This document shows, one piece after another, positions 56,341 through 64,000 of a DNA stretch of 64,000 nt. Every line of letters starts with the position of its first letter. The first letter of the stretch is position 1. Origin of the DNA: an uncultured Nitrososphaerales archaeon. Its GTDB lineage: Archaea; Thermoproteota; Nitrososphaeria; Nitrososphaerales; Nitrososphaeraceae. The translations under genes and the position numbers were made by a program. The notes under the pieces were generated by a model. The model was not told the origin of the DNA. It saw nothing but the letters and a program-made list of their open reading frames with translations, and ran no database searches. The DNA is taken from assembly GCA_963695855.1 (NCBI GenBank), contig CAVOHZ010000008.1:128001-192000 (forward strand), given 5' to 3'.

Positions 56341-57074
56341 TAGTTACAAAATTATACAATGAATTTTTTTTGTCTTGGTTCATTAACGTCTGGAAAGTAT
56401 CTATGGAAAAGTGACTATATTTTAAATAGAATGAAATAGATCCGATGTTTAAAAGGAAGTATTATTGAAATTGAATAAAGTGCATTTACAATAAAAAAGT
56501 AAATGAATCTATTGTAGAGCAACCAATATCTTCATTTAGATATTTCCAGATATTCTTTTTTGGTTCTTGTTGGAGATGTTGTAAGTCCCTACTACTAGTT
56601 GATCCATTATTTGTAAGATCAAAAAACTAATGTCAAGATATATTTGAACTAATGGATATGATAATAAGATATTCATGAAAAATATTTGTAATCCACTACT
56701 GCAGTAATATAAGGAGAGTTAAGCTTTGCCTTAGTAGTAGTAGTATCATTATCACTCTCACTTTTGAAACTGAAAGCTAATCTTTTTTTAGTATTTCCTG
56801 ATTGTTTGATATTGTATTTTTTTATTAATTTTTTTAAATAATCATCATATTCTCTAAGGTTGCGATAAATTGTTTTTAAATTATTTAAATTGCAAGATGA
56901 ACGAATAAAATTAAATCTCTCTTTCTTAAATTGTATCCTTAATATTTTTCGTAGGACGCCATAAAAAGTAATTTGTTTATATTGGATTTTAAAATATACT
57001 TAAAATTATATAGAGAATAGTTAAGCTATTAGTAACTAATTCTATATCACATATTTTTATGACAAGTTCTAAAG

Positions 57075-57256
57075 ATTAGAGAAAAAAACTATTATTGGAT
57101 ATTAGAGAAAAAAACTATTATTGGATATTAGAGAAAAAAACTATTATTGGATATTAGAGAAAAAAACTATTATTGGATATTAGAGAAAAAAACTATTATT
57201 GGATATTAGAGAAAAAAACTATTATTGGATATTAGAGAAAAAAACTATTATTGGAT
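57075..57256. repeat. Perfect tandem repeat, 7 x 26 bp (ATTAGAGAAAAAAACTATTATTGGAT)
   Basis: Seven identical contiguous units with no spacers, ending 42 bp before ATG 57299. Confidence 0.95.
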
Positions 57257-57298
57257 ATTACATAACCAATAAAAACTAAAAGATTATACAATTATCAC

Positions 57299-58195
57299 AT
57301 GTCTATAGCTTATACTACAATTACTACTATAATTGTAATAAGTATATTTTCCATAGTAGACTACTATGATTCCTACAATTTTTTAGTAACATTATCAACA
57401 GTATCTGCAGAGAAAGTTTTAGATGATAATGGCGTAATAAAGTACATTTACCCTGGATTTCAGCGTAGTGTGTACAATCCATTGACCTTATCTAGTGGGG
57501 GTTTATCATATTTAACAGAATACGAAAAGACTGGAGATATGGAAGCCGGCGAATTTTTTATTAATACTGCCAACTGGCTTGTTGATAATGCAAAATATAA
57601 AGAAGGAGGAAGATACTCTATTTGGGAATATGATTTTACATGGCCGTGGTATGGAGGAATACCCCCTCCGTACTATTCTGCCTATGCACAAGCAACAGGA
57701 ATGGTTGTTTTGGTTCATGCTTATGATTTCACTGGTAATGAAATTTACTTACGTGAAGCACACAAGGCATTTCAGGCACTCCTTGTTGATTATGATGATG
57801 GTGGTGTAACGACTATAGAAGATGATAATGGCGATTCAATCTTTCTTCATCTATTGGCTAAACCTGGCTTTCCAAAGACATATGTTTTAAATGGTCATAC
57901 AGGTTCATTATTACGTATATGGCAATATTATGAGCTAACTAATGATCCTCAAGCAAAGTCAATATTTGATAAAGGGATAAATTACCTAAAACAGAATTTA
58001 TGGATGTATGATACTGGATTCTGGTCGCTTTATGATCTGACACTTATTAATCAGTCGGAAAACCTTGCTTGGGATGTATATCATAAACAAATTATAGGTC
58101 AGCTAAAAAAGCTGTATGATATTAGCGGCGAACCGATACTAAAAGAATATGCAGATAGATTTAATAAATATCTTAATCCACCATTAAGTCTATAA
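57299..58195 (+). CDS. D-glucuronyl C5-epimerase C-terminal domain family protein
   Basis: YSAYAQA, GGV, YVLNGH, YDTGFWSLYDL, YH...QL motifs; N-terminal anchor. Confidence 0.85.
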   Translation: MSIAYTTITTIIVISIFSIVDYYDSYNFLVTLSTVSAEKVLDDNGVIKYIYPGFQRSVYNPLTLSSGGLSYLTEYEKTGDMEAGEFFINTANWLVDNAKYKEGGRYSIWEYDFTWPWYGGIPPPYYSAYAQATGMVVLVHAYDFTGNEIYLREAHKAFQALLVDYDDGGVTTIEDDNGDSIFLHLLAKPGFPKTYVLNGHTGSLLRIWQYYELTNDPQAKSIFDKGINYLKQNLWMYDTGFWSLYDLTLINQSENLAWDVYHKQIIGQLKKLYDISGEPILKEYADRFNKYLNPPLSL

Positions 58196-58958
58196 TAACT
58201 AATATTAGGTCATATATCTAAAGAGATAGTTTATTATGATATTTAGATTGAACTTTTTAGTTCAATTATATATCTATATAGAACAATCATACTTTTTCGA
58301 TTAGAGCTTGTATATTTTCAGGAAATTCAAATGAAATTCTATTATTTTGTGCTACTCCCTATCAAAAAGAAGTTTTTCCAATGAAGCATTTAATGTACTG
58401 ACTTTAGTTTTCTCTCGATATATCTAATGTATCACCGTTATGAATAGACACAAGGATTCTCTTTAATACACCTTGTAGTATTGGAACTTCTACTACCTTC
58501 TAATCTCCATTATCTACTTCAATCATCATTAACAGTAGCAGTATTCATATATGCATTTGGATTGCTATCGATAAATCTTAATGGTAAGCTAAGAGACATG
58601 CGTCACCACTAAAGCCATCATCAGATAGTCCATAATCATTATCATTATAATTACCATTTTGAGTATCTACTCATTTGCTGTTTGTGTATTCATTATACTG
58701 ACATTTTTAATATATCGTTGTAGCGTTTTCTGTTCTGTTTTTTCATTCTTATCAGTTAACTCTATTCCGTCCCTCCTTCCTAATCTAAGAATAAAAACCT
58801 GTTCTATGTTATTAGTTTATTGTATTTCTTACGATTTATACATTAGCAATATGAAAATTTGTTATTAGTATCGTTTCAATAGATAAATCATAATGGTTGA
58901 TTCGAGTAATTCATAAAAAGAGTCAGAGAGATGATAAATCTCTAAAAGTAAAGTAGGC

Positions 58959-59025
58959 GAACCCGAGAAAAGTACTGGCCCGTCGGGAGTAATACCTATA
59001 GCGGTGCAAAAATAAGAGTCTAATG
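58959..59025. repeat. GC-rich ~67-bp dispersed repeat, copy 2
   Basis: GAACCCGA...GGCCCGTCGGGAGTAATACCTATAGCGGTGCAAAAATAAGAGTCTAATG. Confidence 0.85.
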
Positions 59026-59145
59026 TTAAGGTATCATTAATAATAGTCAAGATTTATTTTTTAATTATTATATTACATTTTTTTAAAATTACTTGAGAGT
59101 TTCTTGAAAGATAAAAAAAGAAAGAAAGTTAATGTCTCAATAACA

Positions 59146-59262
59146 ATGGAACATCATAGAAAAGTAAAAAATGGTATTGAATTTCTTTTATCTCATTTTG
59201 CCGGAAGGCACAGATTATTTCCTAGCAGATGTCTACATTAGCAAGTAATGGTAGACAATTAA
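59146..59262 (+). pseudogene. N-terminal fragment resembling thaumarchaeal mobile-element primase-polymerases
   Basis: KVKNGIEFLLSHF...LFP / MSTLASNGRQ with a frameshift; recognised from memory, not by search. Confidence 0.35.
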
Positions 59263-59382
59263 GGTTTTCTTTATTCTTAAATAGGTAGCGCTATAGCATG
59301 TTTGTTTACGTATTATTGAGATATACTTCTATAGAAAGACTGTATATTTTTATCAAACAAGATTTGTTTATTATTAATAGTA

Positions 59383-59745
59383 ATGCGAGATATACAAGCT
59401 AATGAAGTTGCATGGTATTTACGTGATCATTTTTTCAGGCAGTTTAATCAAGGCAGAGAGCATTTCAAAAAAGAGTCACTTGCAGACGAAATGATTAGTT
59501 TGTATTTAAGATATAGGAATTCTAATTTGCAGGATATGAATGATATGATAACTGCCGTAGTTGAAAATCTAATTTCCCGTCAAGTAATAAAAAAGACCGA
59601 GAATAATTCATTGGAATTGGCAAGCAGATTTTCTCGTTTACAGTGCTCTAAATGTTTTTACATTTCCTATCTAAATAGTAATGAACCTAGAAATTGCTTG
59701 AGATGTTTATCAAGTGAATTGCATGATTTCCCAAAGAAAAGGTAG
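59383..59745 (+). CDS. Hypothetical protein, wHTH-like with C-terminal Zn ribbon
   Basis: CSKC...CLRC. Confidence 0.7.
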   Translation: MRDIQANEVAWYLRDHFFRQFNQGREHFKKESLADEMISLYLRYRNSNLQDMNDMITAVVENLISRQVIKKTENNSLELASRFSRLQCSKCFYISYLNSNEPRNCLRCLSSELHDFPKKR

Positions 59746-59942
59746 TTGTTAAATTTTTCCCTTGATTGAACATATTTTCATTGGATTATATTCTTTTTTG
59801 GTTGACTCAATTTTCATTTATTTAGATAACCTCTATGTACCCATAAAATTATCTTATTTTAATAATTAACATGCAATTATTATAAGTTAGTAATGCATGG
59901 TCCTGACTAAATGAAAATCTTTATTGGATACCAATTTCTTTT

Positions 59943-60070
59943 GTATACAGGCTAGGTTCAAAGTTAACGTACTCCGTATGAGAGTGAGGTCCTGACTGAA
60001 CCAATATACGAGCGGCTATAATACTGCCTCATAAAGAAGGCGAATGGATGTTTGCCGCCTGTAAGCCGAA
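59943..60070 (+). ncRNA. Candidate structured RNA: two stems, each with a large internal loop
   Basis: GGTTCA/TGAACC enclosing ACTC/GAGT; CGGCT/AGCCG enclosing GGCGAAT/GTTTGCC; GC-rich island in AT-rich intergenic DNA. Confidence 0.4.
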
Positions 60071-60216
60071 ATAAAAAAGAATGAAAAAAATAAAAATGAA
60101 TGGAAAGTGACATGTATAGCATATACTATTTTCGATAATTTTTAATATGATGAATTATAATAGAATATTACGGTTAACAGGAACATAAGGATGACCTGAT
60201 ACAGATGAAGATTTTC

Positions 60217-60934
60217 ATGGATGTTAACTTAAGACTATTTTACCTCCAATTTTGAATACAATATTGTTTCATATTTTTGCATTATACAGATAAACAAATA
60301 ATCTTATCCAATTGTATACATGCTGTAGACCACATTTTATACTAATCTCGGTACAGGGATAGTAATCATCAAAACATTCTGTTCTATCCTTGAAATACTG
60401 CATCACTCTTTCTATCAATCTTTTCTGAAATGGTGAATGCAAATAGTGTTTTAATCCCAATACATTGCAGGCCTCTGGATACCATGTACCACTATCCGAA
60501 TATACGGTATGTTTTACATATTGGGATACAAGCGATCTAATGAATTTTTCAGCAACAAGCATGTTTCTCTCTTCTGATATATAGATTCCAAGCACGGAAC
60601 TGTGGACCGGTTCAATACAAAACCATAGCCAGAAATGCTGGTTACCAATCTGAATAACTGTTTCATCAATAATAAAAGTAGATGCTCGTTTCCTTTTGTA
60701 AATTTGAGATGAACCAAACCTTTGTATCCAATTCCATACAGACACGTAAGTTCTTTTCCTATCTTTAAAGAGTATTAACGCTTTAGATGTATTTCTTAGA
60801 CTGAGACCAAGAAAATACAGATACAAAGAATACATTACTATAAAATGGAGTGTCTTATTTCTTTCAAATTTGATTTTCATATTATAAATAGAATGTTCTT
60901 AGCTATAGCTTTTACTGCTTAAATTAACACAGGC
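60217..60934 (-). mobile_element. IS6-family element with transposase 60269-60880
   Basis: IDET, YSDSG, IER; end TTAACACAGGCC; closely similar to 8335-9053. Confidence 0.87.
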
Positions 60935-61173
60935 CATTACAGTAATAATATCGCTAGAGTAATAGATTAGTCAATTATTTATTTTAAAAAAAGAAAAACA
61001 AGCTTGTCAATTGGTATGTCGGCTTATTCAACTTGATTGTCTACTACGAAGTACCTGAAGGTAAAAAGAACGAAGTTAAGACAATCTTTGAATTATTTAT
61101 TAAATGGAAAAAACAAATAACAGCATAAAAAACGAGTTCTTCATATACTATGAAGACTAATATAGAGTAAATA

Positions 61174-61446
61174 ATGACGACAGAATTCAGTTATCATTAT
61201 TTGCCATATTGTGTTGCTGTTTTCTTTCTTTTTTACTCTATGTTTTTATTGTTAGTCCACGGGGAATTTGAACAAGAAGAAGACTATTCAAGCATGGATA
61301 TATATGGAAACATATTTTACAACAATATTGAGGACGAAATCTTGGACACTGAACAACCCGTTCCAATGAATACCACAGAACTGATAGAAATAGGAAAGAA
61401 TCTTACAATTATCCACAACCCTTCTACTGGAAAATATTTTCAATAA
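61174..61446 (+). CDS. Small membrane-anchored hypothetical protein
   Basis: One TM plus acidic tail. Confidence 0.5.
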   Translation: MTTEFSYHYLPYCVAVFFLFYSMFLLLVHGEFEQEEDYSSMDIYGNIFYNNIEDEILDTEQPVPMNTTELIEIGKNLTIIHNPSTGKYFQ

Positions 61447-61835
61447 AGACAATTGATTTTATTTATAGTGTGGCTAGAAAGATTGGAGGGTTTGAAGCGT
61501 TGAACTTTTGTGATATCCAGATATGGCCGCAGATGTTATACTGAAAGGCGTCTACCTTGATTATTGTCATGTTAGTAGTATTCACTCAAACGTTTACCGC
61601 AATAAGTACATTTTAAAAGTCTACCGTAATTTGTAGCGTAAGACAACTCTCGCATGTTTCCTTTATTGCATTTTTTACAGCTCATTCTTTTTAATCCCGT
61701 CCTTGTTGTTCTTCTTGTTGTTCTCGTTCGTTGTTATCCTCTTCTTCTGTTTCATCTTTATCTTCTTGTTGAATTGATACAACTGGAATAGGGCCTTTGT
61801 CTTCTGCTGGATTGTCCACTGGTTTTTGTTGTTGC

Positions 61836-62203
61836 TGTTGATATAAATTTAGATTTTTTTGTATTAAGTCTCATATACAGATTTAAGCTGAGCTTTTGTA
61901 GTTATATATTAATCTTAACAAGATTTTACAAATTCTTTAAAATTTGTTAAAAATATTATATAATTACAAATGCATTTTTATTATTATTACAAGTAATTGT
62001 TAATTTTGTTTTAATTAATAGGTGTTTTAAAATGTACACCATAAATGGGTGGTTTTAGAATTATTTTAATATCGTAACAACTAGAAAGTATCTAAGGTAT
62101 AGTAATGGTGTTTTCTGTGGTTGTTATGACATTGTTGACGTATTTCTTATTGCCTTTTAAGAAGTATGTCTATCTACAATAACTTCAATTTCTAAAACTT
62201 CTA
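61836..62203. repeat. Uninterrupted copy of the segment split by the IS at 50401-51581
   Basis: Matches ~50270-50400 plus 51582-51826. Confidence 0.9.
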
Positions 62204-62285
62204 TGATTTGTCTTTTGTCCTATCTATAGAAACGAAAAGTAAACAGTCAATAGTATGAATCTTAATATCCCTAGTATTCTAAATA

Positions 62286-62711
62286 ATGACTATGTCTACT
62301 AATACAAACAAAATTACAAACACAGTAAGTAAATTTCAAGATGAAACCAGCAAGATATATGAAAATAATATTGAAATACAAAAAAATATAATCTCTTCCT
62401 ATCAGTCAGTATATGGTCAGGTTCTTGAAAATCTATCCAAGTCATATAGGAATAATTGCAAGATTCCAGAAGAAGCTGCTGAAGCATACAATTCAATCAG
62501 CAAAAATGTAGTGGATAATATCACTAACAGAACAAATTTTATAAATGAAATGACAATAGGAAATATAGATAAATTTAGTAGAAATATTGAATTTGCGCAA
62601 AGATATTTCAACGATACGGCTCAAAATTATTTCAACTATCAAAATTATTTCAACTATCAAAATTATTTCAACTACATAAAAGAGTTAGAAAGGTCTTATG
62701 ATAACAAATAA
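62286..62711 (+). CDS. Helical N/Q-rich hypothetical protein (phasin-like family) with 18-bp tandem repeat
   Basis: IEIQKNIISSYQS; QNYFNY x3. Confidence 0.65.
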   Translation: MTMSTNTNKITNTVSKFQDETSKIYENNIEIQKNIISSYQSVYGQVLENLSKSYRNNCKIPEEAAEAYNSISKNVVDNITNRTNFINEMTIGNIDKFSRNIEFAQRYFNDTAQNYFNYQNYFNYQNYFNYIKELERSYDNK

Positions 62712-62716
62712 GAAAT

Positions 62717-63290
62717 TTATTTTTCCACTATAATTGGATTATAATCTGTAATCCATAAATATTTTGAATTAAGAACGTATCCCAAAATTATCCTCCTAGA
62801 TACAGTAATGCTACTTGCTAATTTTACAAGACCCAGATAGTTCTCATCCTTCTTTCCATATCTTGTAAATAATTTTCTGAATCTGTTATGCCAAGAATTT
62901 GTTCTCTCAACTACCCATCTTCTTGCAGGATGTTTTCTACAAAATATCTTTTCTTCTCTTCTGTGTCGCATATGGGAAATATATCCTCTGTTGATAATTT
63001 CTTGTTCTATTTCTTTGGAATGATATGCTTTGGCAAGGCACAGGTTCTGTTTCTGTTTATGCTTTGGTTTGAATAATGATGGTCTCTTGATAACCATACT
63101 GTCAACTGTTTCAATTGCAACAGTGATATCATGAGTATTTGCAGATGTTAGAATAGCGGATAGTGGAAAACCTTCTTTATCTGTTAGAATATGTCTTTTG
63201 GTTCCTAATTTACTCCTATCTGTAATATTATGACCAGTCATCGCCCCCCCTAAAGGAGATTTTACTGATATGCTCTCAAGTGGTTGCCAG
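62717..63290 (-). mobile_element. IS5-family (IS427/IS1031-like) transposase C-terminal remnant
   Basis: KLGTKRHILTD, ANTHD, RWVVERTNSW; second catalytic Asp appears mutated (LAKAY). Confidence 0.82.
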
Positions 63291-63384
63291 TTCCATTTTA
63301 TTCCTCTCGTGTTATCGTATATTTTTAGTAATCTGGTCCATAATTTGTCAAATAATCCTCATTGTCTCCATTGGAGTTCATCCA

Positions 63385-63540
63385 CCACATAGAATAATTC
63401 TAAAGAATTTAAAAAATCGATGGGGAAGTATCACTAAAGAAGATACTATCAACCTGAATAGAAATATAATAAAAGCTCATCATGACATTATTGATAATAT
63501 TATTATTCATGAATTGTGTCATCTAAAAAATTCAAGGATC
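63385..63540 (+). pseudogene. M48/YgjP-like metallopeptidase fragment
   Basis: RWGS...INLN...IIIHELCHL. Confidence 0.65.
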
Positions 63541-64000
63541 TTGAATGTGTACATATTCTTCGAACTAAATAGTATTATACTAGACCTTGTATGATTATCT
63601 AATGAAACGATGTTTTTGGGCTCAAAAGCAAGATATGGGTCCTTGGGTAGAAGTTGGCATTCTATGAGCTATCACTTTGATAAACAGAAAAGTATCTTAA
63701 ATAAATTATTAAACCTGAAATTTATTTTTTTGTCGTTTTTTACATCAAAAAAACTCGTTAATTCTTTTGATAGTTGGTCACCAAATATACGTAAAATCTC
63801 GAATTCAACATGAGTTAGCTTTTAGCAATATTAAATTTATTTATTGTATTCCAAATCGTAACATTAAATGGTTCGATGTCTGAGTTGATGATAATTTAAA
63901 ACAAGAAAAGACAGATAAAAAGTTTGGAGCTTACGACGTTAGTATATTTCCCTACAAGTGTCCCAAGCTTAAAGGACTTGCCAAAAATTAGGATCTTGAT

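Noticed and set aside
57075-57256. Possible CRISPR array
   Set aside because: Units are contiguous and identical with no spacers; no cas genes in the window.
59895-60075. Hammerhead ribozyme (CTGA...GAAA)
   Set aside because: CTGACTGA/CTGACTAA do not match CUGANGA with correctly placed stems and GAAA.

Overview
Very AT-rich archaeal DNA whose gene content (YnfA pair, PLD/TrmB-type sensor kinases, DUF4242, LamG/NHL surface protein, MoxR-DUF58-VWA operon, IS6/IS5/IS630 copies, small acidic secreted proteins) resembles soil ammonia-oxidising Nitrososphaeraceae; this assignment is an inference from family recognition. The window is an accessory, IS-riddled region with no rRNA, no complete tRNA and no CRISPR array. 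The most striking unexplained structure is a family of 11 dispersed 33-67 bp sites (core AACTGGTCCCACT-TTATAG-AAGGGTTCAAATCCCAC plus a longer 'B' variant) between 2.3 and 45.2 kb. One inverted pair exactly brackets a degenerate tyrosine recombinase (27768-29065). Others bracket cargo genes or empty ~250 bp modules. All modules share one polarity, and their inner flanks appear combinatorially exchanged. This suggests a recombinase-driven cassette system (pdif/integron-like logic) with a tRNA-3'-like core. Further oddities: two more tRNA-3'-like repeat families, an 11-bp iteron-like array, a 26-bp x7 promoter VNTR, a position-conserved 21-bp upstream motif, and a structured non-coding segment with bridge-RNA-like architecture.
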